Source of the DNA: Azolla caroliniana
Taxonomy: Eukaryota; Plantae; Polypodiophyta
Length of the DNA: 64,000 nt
Reading direction: 5' to 3'
Assembly (NCBI GenBank): GCA_043228905.1
Contig: JBHGNT010000001.1
Coordinates: forward strand, 4,340,001 to 4,404,000
Part shown: piece after piece, positions 51,301 through 64,000 of the stretch
Position numbering within the stretch: position 1 is the first letter of the stretch
Layout of the letters: each line of letters opens with the position of its first letter
The notes under the pieces: generated by a model
What the model saw: only the letters and a program-made list of their open reading frames with translations
The model's database searches: none
Told to the model about the DNA's origin: nothing
Position numbers and translations under genes: made by a program

Positions 51301-52078
51301 TAGCAGAACTTGGTATACCTTGTACGATAATTAGATCTGCACCATTACAAGATGAACAGGGTGGCCAAAAGGGGTTCGTATTTGAAGAGGTAAAACTGTT
51401 TATGGAGACAGACAGAAAGAAAGAAAGAATTGTCTATTAGAGGCAAAAATAAGCCTATGACAATCTTGATTAATAATATGGGTGAATTCATGCTATCCAT
51501 ACTTAAGCAAGAGAGAGAGAGAAAGGGTGTGTGTGTGTGGAGATAATAGTAGGGAGATTTAAACCCAGGTGTATGGGTTATTGAAAGTATGGCTTACCAC
51601 AGGGCAACCATGATACAGAGATGATGTATTAATGTCCTTGGAGGCCCAAAATGACCCATGTGATCAAAAATATTTTGTTGAGTTTAGGGCACCAAGTTCT
51701 GATATATATCAACAGCCCTAGCGATATTTGATCAAATCTTCTACAAGTTTATAGGACTGATTCTAGAGACCTTTTGTATGTTTTTTAGGAATGATATAGC
51801 TCTCTTGTTTTGATAAATCAGGGTAGTGCCAAGAGAGGAGTTCTAAGTAGAGAAGATGCTGCAATGATATGTGTGAAGGCACTTGAATATCCTCCTAAGA
51901 AAAGTGTGGTATTCGAGGTAGCTAAGTTAGTCTGTTTTAAGATATCTCTACATATACATATACATAACACATACACATACGCAGACACTAAAAGAGAGAT
52001 TCGCAGGTTGCAAATGGTGGCGAGCCTGTGGAGGATTGGAGGGTTCTATTTGAATCACTAAATTGCATCTCTAGCTGA
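48312..52078 (+). CDS. NAD(P)-binding Rossmann-fold protein, probably plastid-targeted
   Basis: Nine exons: 48312-48513, 50166-50246, 50365-50435, 50531-50626, 50705-50785, 51059-51121, 51216-51389, 51822-51917, 52007-52078. Ser/Thr-rich transit-like N-terminus; ISFSDQLLDYIEGGPKLRKWYGAP; DAVLVVDADS.TGQ; ALKGVRAVICP; IPCTIIR; LSREDAA.ICVKAL. From recall it resembles Arabidopsis At1g72640-type proteins (not searched). Confidence 0.88.
48685..49103. repeat. Degenerate ~43-bp tandem repeat containing TTTAGGG
   Basis: aacaaggtttagggttcaagaattagcct-like units, with aacaaggttt-like cores near 48831, 48881, 48959, 49002, 49045 and 49088. Confidence 0.85.
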
Positions 52079-53861
52079 GATCAAAAAGCCCTTTGAGGGT
52101 ACATGATTTTGTTGGGATCATGCTTCTTGTTTTAGAGATATACAAACCCTGAATTGCGCCAACCACATCTTACATGTCATCTCAAAGGTGTATGCTAGGC
52201 TAATCGTTTTGATTGTTCAAAATCTCACAAAAATTGTAATGTTACATGCAACGTATCATATTGATTGTAAATTTGTAATTCCCAGAAGTGGTCTTTTAAT
52301 ATAGATATTCCATGTAACAACACATTTATTCCCTTGGACCATTGCATATTGAAGCTAAGAAATAATGAGGTGAACATAATATTTTTTCTTTAATTTCCTA
52401 ATGCCATGCATGAGATTCTGTGGGGGAGTAGTACCAATATACAATCATGGGAGGTTGTGGCATGCTGGACTTTATTTTGTCTAGATAACATTATCATTAG
52501 GATTGCAAAAGGGAAGAGAGTCAATTAAAGTATGGTGCAGTTATATAAGCATATTTTGTGTAGATCTAGCTATTAAGGTTGATCACACCAAGATGGCGTG
52601 AAAATGTGTTGAATGACCATTAAATTAGACTTGAATATTCATTTTATACGCTATTTTTTAGAGCTTATAAAACTGTATGCCCCTTTTAAAAAAAAATGTA
52701 AAGCTGTTCATGATAGATTGGAAGAAATGTTCAGAATACACTTCAATTGATGCTATGGGTGCAATTAAGTATCATTAGATCAATGCATGTTATTTGAGCA
52801 AATGCTTGAAATCCATGATGTGAGATAACTAATGTTTGCCATGCCAATAGAGAGCTACGCCATTGCCCTACATGTAAACAACCAATAATAGCAAGATGAG
52901 TACTAATTAGCAATTATTAGCATTATTGTTGGTCAATGCACAATTTGCTAAAAGTCTACGATTATAAAATCACTCACAGTATCTCGGCCAAAGAGGTTTG
53001 GACGATGATCAAAGGAGTTGCCGGGAGCAAATTCTGAAGGGCCTTCGTGATCTACACATTGACGGACATAATATGAGATGAACATCATAGTAGAAGTAGT
53101 TAGGATGGAATCAATGCATAAGGCTCAAAATGACCATGGGCTACTTATTATTCTTGTGAAAGTTTGCGATGGTAAGTAAGGAAGATAGTTGTGGAGGATA
53201 TGTACCATTGAGAAGCCTTCTCGTTGGCAAGGCCTCAGTACATGTGTTGGTTGCAAAGAGGATAAGGATTATCGAGAGAATTAACATCATGCATGCTTTG
53301 GTGCACACCATCTTGGAAAGATGTTAATGGAAAAGTGTGAAATATTGAATGATGTATAATTTGTGGAGGTTTTGATAAGGTCTGTGTATGTGCGACTAGA
53401 TGATTGTGTGGATGTGTAAATGGTTATACTAGATGACGATGAAGAGAGCACGATTATATGTATAATGTTTAATGCTCAACGTGCAAATGCATGCTTCCCC
53501 TATTATTCTTCATAAAGCTACCTTCTCTTTATTAAAAGCGCCCAAAATAAGTTGTGTTCCTCCACTTTCTTCTTGTGGGAAGATTTTAAGCTCGATATAT
53601 AAAATGGAAATCCCATAGAATTATCAATTCAAATGGGAAAGTTAGCAAACATGTCCGCAAATTCCCCTCTTATTTTTTAAAAGCTCGGAATACCCCCCTC
53701 TTAAATCTATCTCCACACATGCTATTTGAAAATGTTTCACTTTTGGTCCCACAGGTCATATTTTGATAAAATCTTTGTATCTAACACCATCAATTTCTAG
53801 AAATAAATGTTGCAACGAGATGGATAAGAAGGCTTAACTAGATGGATAAGATGGACATTTC

Positions 53862-53864
<3 letters not shown>

Positions 53865-53897
<33 letters not shown>
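53865..53897. repeat. (CT)n microsatellite
   Basis: Uninterrupted ctct run. Confidence 0.95.
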
Positions 53898-53900
<3 letters not shown>

Positions 53901-54489
53901 CAAGGACTATTAATCTTTTTGTGGAGAGGTTGTCCCATCCTTCTCCCATGAGGTGGTCTTGAAAATCAAAGTATTTTGAAAATGAGAGGATATTCTAGTA
54001 CTTTTTGGAAACAAGGATATCTGCTAAATTTCCCTTACCTAATTATTTTGCTAGAAAATACAAAAGTGAACCCCCCTTGCTTTTACTAGGCTAGCTATTA
54101 GGTCATTTACTGAGTGGGGCGTGAGAGTACAAAAAGCTAGTCTAAATTGTCGGTGTTTTGGAAAGATTTGTCTTTTCGAAATAACAAAATAACTTGTCGT
54201 GCATGACAATGCATAAGGATTAGATGGGAATTCTAGAATCCCTAGTCAAATGTCGGTTTTAAAAATTTTAACTTTTAAAGAGCTCCACTTTTTAGCATAT
54301 TGACTTATATATTTAGATTTAGTCTTGAAATTCTTCCAAAATGCTTGAAGAAACTAGCATAAGTTGCAATTCACGAGATATACTTCATATGGAAACTTGA
54401 GTCAATGTCTAGAAGGCCTTTAATGAACTAACAAGAACACATATGTTAATTAGTATTTATGCTCTTAATTGCATTTGTATATTCTGTGG

Positions 54490-54950
54490 GACTGCCTAGC
54501 GTCCCATCAAATATGGTGGGGGGTTGGCCGCTTATTGCAATTATGCCAGGTGCAATGCTCAATCATGTGGGGAATATATGTTGGCTATCATGGCAGATCC
54601 CATTTGGCAGATACGAGCATCAGGAGGAGGGGATGACTTTGGTGATAAAAGCACAAGACGTTTTTATCTCCACTATCGGCAATGCACACTCAACTCCTCT
54701 TAATGACAAAGCTCAAGTTGTGTTGGAATTGGTCAGCCCAATAACCCTTTGGATTCTATGGAAACAACGATGTAGACGGGTCTTCTCCAACCAAACCGCG
54801 CATCCAACAATGTTACTGCAAGAGATATGGAGTGAAATTGTAGCCACTCTAAAGAGCCAATATGATGGCCTCAAGGGCGGCTCCGATGTACTTGAAAGAC
54901 AACGAATAACCTTCATCCAACAATGGTCATCCTCTCCCTTTCTTGAGTCA
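54490..54950 (+). mobile_element. LINE ORF2 C-terminal fragment
   Basis: SPITLWILWKQRCRRVFSNQ...LLQEIWSEIVATL matches the W.LWK.R...VF motif of plant L1 ORF2 ends. Confidence 0.8.
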
Positions 54951-56140
54951 GTAGGTCTATTACTTACATCTCCAATGATATAAATGCCGACTTTCTTGAA
55001 CTTGTTCAATGAAGGTTGTTGAAGTTTCTTAAACATTAGGAGACCCATTATGGTCACTATTGGGGGCACTTAAGAAGACATGGCAAAGTAAAATTGTCTG
55101 CAAGATGTGTAGTATGGCTCTTATATTATAGGAACTACGTATTGAATCTTGATAAACCCATCCGATGGACATGACATATTAAGACAACAATGTAAATATA
55201 ACATACAAATACAAGACACATGGATCTCAATCTAGGAATCTAGATATATTGAGTATAAAGCATTATGAAGGGAGTTGCGACTTGTTTTCAAATGTATTCA
55301 TGAATCAAACTTTCAAATTTCATGCGATATATGAAGGAAATCAAATGTGCTATAAAACTTGACATCTATAACAAAAACTGACATGCTAGTGTTCCTCATC
55401 ACGATAAGATATGACCCTTACAATAACTTATCAAATGAGGCTTATTTAAATTGGAACACACTAGTAATGAATAGTTTTCATGAAAATGTTCAATTATTAG
55501 GGGGGATCATCAACATGATTCTCATACCATCTCCTTGTTTTTAGTAGGAATGTAATTCTGATACCTCACAAACTTGGCAATGAAAAGGATAACTTTGAAG
55601 TCAGCATAAAAGCTCAGAGCTCAGTCCACGTCGTTAAAATAAGGTGGAGACAACACCCGATTATAATACAAATCAAGGAAGAAAAGAATTATACTGCAAC
55701 TAAGGATACATTAGCCAAGATACTTAAAAAATAAGATGGATATCACGAGGAGTGTTTTCCATAATATGGTCGGAGAGAACCAACCAACGAAATAATTATC
55801 CTTGATCTTCTCTACAATGTTGAACATTATAAGATTGTACAAGCACCATGGAGTGTCCACATCCTCAATAACCTAGTACCATGGTGTGGGAGATCGTCGG
55901 TTTCCCTCTACCACACCTAGCTATCCTATTGAACACCTGGCATATTCCCACAATCAAAATGTTAGGACCTAGTACTTTGTACAACCAACCACCAAGGTAC
56001 CTCTATTTATGCGAGGAGTAATTAGTAACCTAGCACACACTAAAGGTCATAATGCTAGGTCCTTACAAGGGAAGCATAATGGGACAATGGGCTAGCAAGT
56101 TCTCTTGTTGCCAACAAAACAAACATTGGGAGGCGAGCCC

Positions 56141-59100
56141 CTACGATGAGAGCGACGCTTGAAAGTTGACATGGGTGGCAGGTAGCCACGATGATCCGGC
56201 GATGAAGTTTTGGACGGTGAAGTCATCCGCTTCCTCCATGGACATTGTGGGATGGACACCCTCCCATGTGACACGACCCGATGTTCCGGCACCAGCACCA
56301 TTGTTTCCATACTCGCCATAGTAAACCGTGTCGGTGTACGGATTACTGGGATCCCATGGCAACCAGCCAGGCGTGTCAATCACATCCGAAACACTACATT
56401 GCATCCACACCGTGCGTGAGTAGGCACGCCAAGGCCGGCCGAAATAGCTTTTCACCGTAAAAGGTGAGCTCAATAGTTCTTCGTCGGCCTCAAGGGTACA
56501 CAAATGGAAGCTAAAACCGCTCGGATCGGACGCCACGCTTCTCCCTTGAGCGGTGAATGTGTTCTTTTGCTTCGGCATCGGGCGACGCCCCAAGATTTTG
56601 CATCTCTGGAAGACCGCGATTGCATTGCCGAAGATGAAGTCTACGGTACCCGAGATGATGCAAGATGTGTAGAATTGTCGGTTCGCCAGCGCGTAAAGTG
56701 TGTCTTGGTAACCTTCGAAGCTACAAGAATCGAAGACCGAGTGGTCGGAGCTCACTCTGAGTGCCACTGCTTGGTGCCCGCTCGGCCCTGCCGTGTTACG
56801 GAAGGTTATCTTTCTCGCGATGAAATTCGCACCGGATATAGCTACAACAAATGTCAAAAACCATTGATTAGGTTGATGAGGTTAGTACATACTTGAAATT
56901 TAATTAATGGAAAAATAGTGAGGTGAAAAAACCACATAAAAAGTCACACCCACATGTTAGACACCGTCTTCACTAGGATCAGGACTCCCTGTAGATCTAA
57001 GTTTAGGACCAATCATGGATATGTATGTTTTGTGTCGAGGTGGAGTGCATGTACTTCTATTGACAAAAAGGACTCCCCGTAGATCTAAGTTTAGGACCAA
57101 TCATGGATATGTATGTTTTGTGTAGAGGTGGAGTGCATGTACTTCTATTGACAAAAAGAAGAAGTTAGATTTCCTCATTACTATTACATAGGTCACTTGA
57201 GTTGAAATGCAAGGGAAAAGCTATATTTGTATCTTCGTAAAGTAGTTGTGTTTCATCAAATGTGTGTTTAGAATTCCAAAGATTGCTAGTACACCTCATA
57301 AAAGGGCATGTTCTTTTGTCTTATACGATATAATTCCTAAACCTTCTAATGACTCATTCCAATCCAAAGGGGAAACGAAATTTGTTTGTTCACGGAAACA
57401 CCTTGTAGATTGATGTCATGTGTGATCACCTTGTCGTAGATTTGGTCTCAAGAAGTGTACAGTTGCAAAATGAAAACCTAGGAGTGGGTTGGTTGAGTGA
57501 ACTTTATGTTGTTGCTTCATTTACCTATTTCTAAACTAGAGGCGAGATGCTTGAGAGAAAATAATGTACAAGGTGGGTGCATGCTGTTGGAACATATAAA
57601 GGTTGGAAGCTGGCCACTAGATAATCATGTAAGAAATGTGATATTGTAAATTATAAATAAATGTAAACCAATGTAGGAAACATGACATGAAGAGAAAGCC
57701 ATGGAATGTTGGGGGGGTGAAATTTAAGGATTTTGCTTTATAGGTCATCTTTTTTAGTTTGACCCCCTTGATATGGACAATTAGTTGTTTTGGACTTTTG
57801 ATTGAGAGGGTGGCCGCAAATAAATGTATGTATAGCCAAGTAATGTATGCACCATTCTAAAGCAAGGAAGGCCCTAAAGGACATTCGATTGATTAAGCAG
57901 ATTCACATCATGAACCTCATTAATCTCAAAGCAGTTTCACACACACACACACACGAGAAATACATCAAGAAATGGAAGTCCCAAAGTCAGACCATGGTTC
58001 AAAGGTTGAGTATGTACCCACGGTGGCGGAATCGTAGGTGGTGTAGCCGTTGCCATTGGATCGGCTACCAGTGATGATGGTCTCCCCGATGCCATCACCA
58101 ACGAGGGTCAAGCCGATCATGGATTTGGGGACGATGAGGGATTCGTAGTACACACCTTTCTTGATGTAGATGGTGAAGCGCCCCCCCACATTACTACTAC
58201 TAAAACTACTACTACTACTACTACTACTACCGTGGTCATAGGTAGAGGCCACATTGTCCAGGGCGTCTTGGATGGTCCCATAGTCACCAGTCCCATCTTT
58301 TGCCACAACTAAATTCACACCGTTTTTGCTTCTCTTTTGGCCATCATCATCGGACGGCCACGATTGAAGCCATCTCCTGTCCGGCCCCGTCAGCCAATCC
58401 GGGAAGCGGACACCCTCCCCCTTCCCGTCCAACAGACGGCTTCCGCCGCCACCCTTGCGATGATGATGATGATGATGATGCAACGGACGGCCCCGATGAG
58501 CCCTGCCCACTAGCTCCGTTATATGAGAGCCATACAATCGACGGCCCACGCCTGCCCCCGCCGGCCCGGCGTTAGAGATGGCGTCCACCAGCCCCAGCGC
58601 GATGACCACCGCCTTGGACACTTGGTTTAGCTCGGAATCCTCTCGGAGATTCTCCGCCGCTAGCTCCGGCGCATTTCCGCCACTTGATTCTGAGGCCTCC
58701 AAGCTGCTGCTGCTGCTGTTTCCACCGCCGCTAACCCCCAACAGCCCTGTGAGCCCCTCTTTACACGCTAATTGGAACCCCATTGTACCGCTCAGCTGCG
58801 ATTTCACTTCTATCAGCGATGATCTTAGCGACGTTAAGCTCAGCTTCTCGAGATTATACACGGAGGTGTTGAGTTGATCGGAGGATAGATCCATTAGCTC
58901 TATGCAGTTGTGGAATGCTTGCAAATTATTGGACCTAATTAGTGGCGCTGATGATGATGATGATGAAGGGGAGGATGCAGTCGATTGATGAGCTGGGTTG
59001 CTACTAGCCACAGAGGCCAAAGTAGGGGCTAATTGTTGAACCAATGCGAGGGCCAGGCGGATGGTGGTGGCTGCCAAATGGAGGGGGTCCGCCGACAGGG

Positions 59101-59725
59101 TGGAGCCGGCGGCGGCGGAGGAGGAGATCAACCAATCGTAGCAGAGATCTGGGTAGGTGGTGGCGTTGCATGCAGAGCGGATGGCGGAAGAGGCGTCGCC
59201 AGTGGGGTCGTGGGAATGCGAGGTGGCGCCGGCCGAGGAGGAGGAGGAGGAGGTGGTGGCTGCGCGGATGGCGAAGGTGGCGGCCAAGGCGAGGGTGGCC
59301 ATGACGGCCAAAGCGGAGCACAAGACAGTGAAGAGGCAGCGGGTCCGCGAGTATCTGTGCCACGACAGGGCGGCCATCAGGTCTTCGTCGGCATCATCAT
59401 CATCATCATCGTGGTGGACGTGGAGGTAGTGGCCAGGAGGTGGTGATGAAGATGCGTCAGGGTGCCCGCCATTATTTTGCTTCTCCGCTGACGGAATATC
59501 ACTCGTGCCGCCGCCGCCGCCGCCTCCGACTGTCACGTGATACGCCCGCTTCATCACCCCATCACGTGACACGCGGGCTTCATCACCCGCTGGCTCGCCC
59601 CACGAATTGTGCCCATTCACACCCCCGCCACTGAAAATAGCACGTAAAGACGAGAAACTCGGGAACCATCGGGAAGTGGATGTGTGAGGGGCTGGTGTTG
59701 GTGTTGGTGTTGCTTGCATCTCCAT
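56141..59725 (-). CDS. Pectin methylesterase with PMEI pro-domain (type I/group 2 PME)
   Basis: Exons 59725-58018 and 56841-56141. TM anchor; PMEI (C.AT.YPDLC, NCIEL, AC.EG); RRLY processing site; VVAKDGTGDY.TIQDA, IYIKKGVY.E, QAVALRV, GYQDTLY, GTVDFIFG, YFGRPW, YYGEY. Confidence 0.96.
56981..57158. repeat. Tandem duplication, ~88 bp, in the PME intron
   Basis: aggactccc.gtagatctaagtttagg...ctattgacaaaaa occurs twice. Confidence 0.93.
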
Positions 59726-59799
59726 CTACTAGAAATGGAGAAGGTTTGCTCTTATGGAGGATACACACACAAAAAAAAAAAAATCAATGCTCTATATGT

Positions 59800-59835
<36 letters not shown>

Positions 59836-61970
59836 CCCTTCTCTAGGATGTCCAATCTCTATATATGTATTTATATATAAGTTTGTGTGTGTATGATCTA
59901 TTATTGGCCTTTGTTTTGTTGTTTTTTTGGGGTGAAAGGGGAGGTTGATTCAAAGTCAATGGTAGTATTTGTTGTTCACAGGTTGTGAGTAAGTAAATGC
60001 CAACTCATCTTGTCTATGTATATGTGTTATGCCATTCATTCTATGTGTGGGTATGTTTGTGTGTTCCTCCCATAATTCTCACTAATAATATTCACAATAT
60101 TGCTCCCCATAACTACCACCTCTCTTCATCACCTTAACATCAACATGTATAATATGAGTGGGTTCATACGTTTGGATGCAAATCCTCCCCCCCCCCCCCC
60201 CCCCCCCCCCAAACACACACACCCATCTCTTCCCACCTCCACAAAGCCATATATATTCTGGTTTCTTTCAACAACAAAGACTCTAGTTCGAGCTTGCATA
60301 TGTACTTGCAACATGTTTGCAGTTTGAGGCCTCGCAGGGAGGGTGCCTTGCTTTCACTCTTGGTTGTCATTGTTGTCATGGTCGCACACATTGCACATGA
60401 AATCGTATCCCACTTATACACAACCTCCACTCATCCTAGAGAAAAGGCATCACATCTACTTGTCACTGTTTAACAATCCATGGACCACTCACAAAATGGC
60501 GTGATCAATTAAATTGACAATCGCATTGTTGTTAAACACATTTTGACACTAAGTAATTTTGTGTCATCTAAATAGCTACAGTAGCATGAGTCATCTATAA
60601 AATCCCTTTTCTCATTGACATGTTGACATGATAGGTTCTCATACATATGCATTTTAAACATTTTTGTTTTTTTCTAACCATTCCTAATAAGGTATGGAAG
60701 ACTAAATTTAAAATATGGACAAGGTTCTTGAAGAAAGGTTTAGAATTTGGTTCACTAGTGTTTCTCTATTTGATGGATAAGTCTTACGCAAAATTCTCTC
60801 CCATGAAATCCACTTCATTTCTTTAAGTTCAGATATTGGTAGAACATTACCTCCATACGGTAAAAGAATACATTTATTCCATTTTAAGTATATTTTCTTC
60901 TCATCAACATCTAAATATGGAAACAAAAGGAAATCATCAATTTGGTTCACACACACACACACACACCCCCTCTTGCCATTCTAAGTTCCTTACCCACACA
61001 ATCTAGATACCTACTTCTCAAGTGGCTCTCACCTTCCTTCACTTGCTTGCTTCCCTCTCGCTATATATATATATACATATACATATATGTGTCCAATGCT
61101 CTGTAAATAAAAAAATCCCCTAAGTTTGATGGCATGTCATATATTGTTATTGAGGAAGCCTTCATTTCACTTCCACGCCTTTGGTTCCATCTTTCTTGAT
61201 TTTGAAATATCTAAGCTAAGTTCATATGTATGAGGACACCTAGCTTGTATGTGTGTGCTTGCATTGATGCAATTATGCACGAACAACGTTTGTACTTGTT
61301 GTCTTTTCTAAACTTTATGTAAACATCGATATGAATGGTAAGAAGGTTTGACTTTGGTTCCTATAAATGATTGTTCATCAACATTCTATGGACGGCATAT
61401 TATATCAGAGAATTGCAATAAAACAAGTCACTTCCTGTGGATGTTGTGCACACTTGGTGACATGGAGAACCATGAACTTAATCAAATAATGATCTTAGGA
61501 CAACATGGTTGAGTTTTCCTAATGAGATCACTATGTCAATGATACATTGAATTTTCCTAATGTGATCATTATGTCAACGATAAATAATTTTTTGAATTTG
61601 TCAACACATTTTCAAGACAACAAATTATTGCCCGACAATGAGAATGGGAAAAGATATAACCACATACTTTGGGATGGGATTAAATGTCTTCTTATTGCAT
61701 CCAAAATTTGAATTCAAAAGCATATAGCCATCAAATAAATATATACAAATTTAGAATTCAAAGGCATGTATTCATAAAATAACAACTACCATCATATTAT
61801 TTGCTTTCCCTGAAATTTAAGGTAACTATACCATAAAATCTTATTGTGGATTGACTATCTCTCTATATATTATTTTTGAAACTTGTTGTAGAAAACCATT
61901 ACTTGCTTATTAGCTACAATTTGAGCCAACCTTATAATTGTTCAAGATATGCATCATGTCATAAGATGGC

Positions 61971-62110
61971 AATAGGTTATTCTTGCAAGTAAATCTCTAT
62001 GAATTAATAGGTTATAATTTTTAACTCTTTTTGCACTAAATAGGTTATTCTTGCAAGAAAATCTCTATGAATTAATAGGTTATAATTTTTAACTCTTTGT
62101 GCACTAAATA
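61971..62110. repeat. Tandem duplication, 68 bp
   Basis: aataggttattcttgcaag...gcactaaat occurs twice. Confidence 0.93.
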
Positions 62111-63357
62111 TTACAGTAATTTCATAAGTTTCAGAAAAAGAAGTTCAATCACAATGTATAGGTCGAATATACACAGATCCCCTTCACTATGCAAACAGGA
62201 TTCACGAAGGTGTCAACGCAACCTATAGCCATTATTCAGACTGTGTACAAGAACCAAAGAGCATGGCGCTTCAAGCAATCATGGAAAATAATGTTGTCAA
62301 ATACTAAATGTTTGGGATGTGAAATAAAATAATTTTGAAGGTTGAGAATGTGAACTCAAATAATTTCAAACAATAAACGCTATAACATGGCATTATCTAT
62401 AAATTGTAGATGAGCGCAAAATGAAGAAGCATGTTAGTTTATGGGCAATATTCTTTATTACACTTGTGGAACCAAAGCAACCACAGACGGTGATGTCGGA
62501 GTTTTCAAACTTACCAACGAGATAACAGCAGCACAAGATTAACCAAACAGAAAACGCAATTAAAAACTTTGACCAAGATGTAAATAAACTGGTGACCAAC
62601 ACAGAATGCACTTCGATCATTAAAAGCACTTAATTATGCTTTACTCATAAGAAGCCCGAGTTGGCTGTGATGGGTTTACAATTTGTCACTAAGACAGTGA
62701 ACTCAGTAAGCCATTGGTTTGACATCTATGCTCTGGTATTTCTTCAGAGTTTTACAGCAAATGGTGAAGGGACTTTAAATTGTTGATTGCATTGACCAAC
62801 AGCTTTGCCCTTTGATTAGGTGTTTAAAACTGACCTTATGCTTTTGATGTCAATGTTTCTGTAGTTGAAACTATGATTAGATTACAGGAATAGCTAAACT
62901 TTTGCTTTTTGCTTTTGTAGTTTTATATGCTTTTTCCTGTTCACAGCCAACTTTTTACCTAGAGCTCTGTTTTGCTTTTTGCTTTTGCTCTGGAATTTGG
63001 GCTTCATCTTTTTGATGCAGGTAATACTTCTGCTTCTGCAGCTCAGCTTTGGCTTTTGCTTTTGCTTTTGACACAGCTGAAAACTGTGATCGCCTGGGAG
63101 CCTTCTGCTTCTGGTTCTTTGTTGGCTACCAACAAATTATTGTCTGCAAAATCAGTAATAACACGTCTAAGTTCCTTGCTTTACATTTAGTTATTAAACT
63201 TTTTCCGCTGCAGTCTTTAGTGAGACATTTATTTCTCATAACAATTCACCTTATGCTTGGGACAGGATGGATGCTTCATGACCAGAAACTTTTCAGCTTT
63301 GAAATATGTGAAAAAGCGCTCACCAGGTAAAGACTTTCCAATTTAGCATAGAATCTC

Positions 63358-64000
63358 TTAATATGCTGTGAGCTTCGGCATTGATACACATTGCAAGGCT
63401 CCCTGAATATAAATAAAGTGTTTTGTCAATATCACCAGAAACTATATCAAAGTTAGTAGCATATATATCCCGTTGCTATTAAAAGAGTGATGGATATATC
63501 TTATGTTTTTTTCTTCGTTACCTTGTCATAGGTAACCTTGCCAATGGCCATGGGGTTCCCTGGCTCAGACAAGAGCTCTTCGATTGCTACCTTGGCACTC
63601 TTAAAATGGACTGTTTTTTTCAGGTTTTGCTTTGTTAATGCCTCTAGTTCTGTGACAAACACAGCCATCACGGGCCGATGGTCTGAAAGGGTCAATTCTT
63701 GCCTTCCATATGACAACTGTTGTAATCCTTCCCCATGCCATAAGATACGATCACACCTGGAATTCGAAATTTATGCATCAGATTATATGGCCTAAAGTTA
63801 AAAATGTAAAAACAAAGCATGGTAAATAAAACAGAGCAAGGAGATTTACCATGCAGGTGTGCGTCGTTTCTCTCCTGCTTTTGCATTTTGTCCAGAGTAC
63901 TGATGAGAATTAATTTCATATTTGTAAGTGGGTGCAAAAGATATGCCACCTTCATGCCATCCCTCAAATGTATGAGCTGTCCGCATTTCTTTCCTCAGCT
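63358..64000 (-). CDS. Inositol polyphosphate 5-phosphatase, 3' exons (partial)
   Basis: [17 protein letters not shown]...KRRTPAW|CDRILW...SDHRPV motifs. Exons >64000-63850 and 63756-63522, with a probable last exon 63402-63358; alternatively the frame reads through to a stop at 63501. Confidence 0.9.

Noticed and set aside
58300-59768. Many short alternative-frame and antisense ORFs over PME exon 1
   Set aside because: Expected by-product of high GC content within a real coding exon.
31794-64000. Vascular-development gene cluster (LHW, PME, 5-phosphatase)
   Set aside because: The functional link is only thematic; nothing in the sequence supports co-regulation without synteny or expression data.

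Overview
AT-rich land-plant nuclear DNA; the gene and TE content is consistent with a fern such as Ceratopteris, but this is inference. Seven intron-containing genes can be modelled by hand: a GDSL esterase/lipase-like protein (-, 6837-9077) that has lost both its catalytic Ser and His; a short atypical HLH protein (+, 26301-27979) with poly-Asp in place of a basic region; a LONESOME HIGHWAY-like bHLH (-, 31794-39938); a class A heat-shock factor (-, 43428-46136); a NAD(P)-binding Rossmann-fold protein (+, 48312-52078); a PMEI-PME pectin methylesterase (-, 56141-59725); and the 3' end of an inositol polyphosphate 5-phosphatase (-, running off the window). The intergenic DNA holds a 1.4-kb fold-back of a Copia integrase, 5'-truncated LINE insertions with target-site duplications, a LINE remnant split by a 2.2-kb solo-LTR-like insert carrying a 10 x 105-bp array, a head-to-tail array of tRNA-derived SINE-like units, a PPR gene fragment, near-perfect hairpins and many local tandem duplications. 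All exon coordinates were read by eye and need RNA-seq confirmation.
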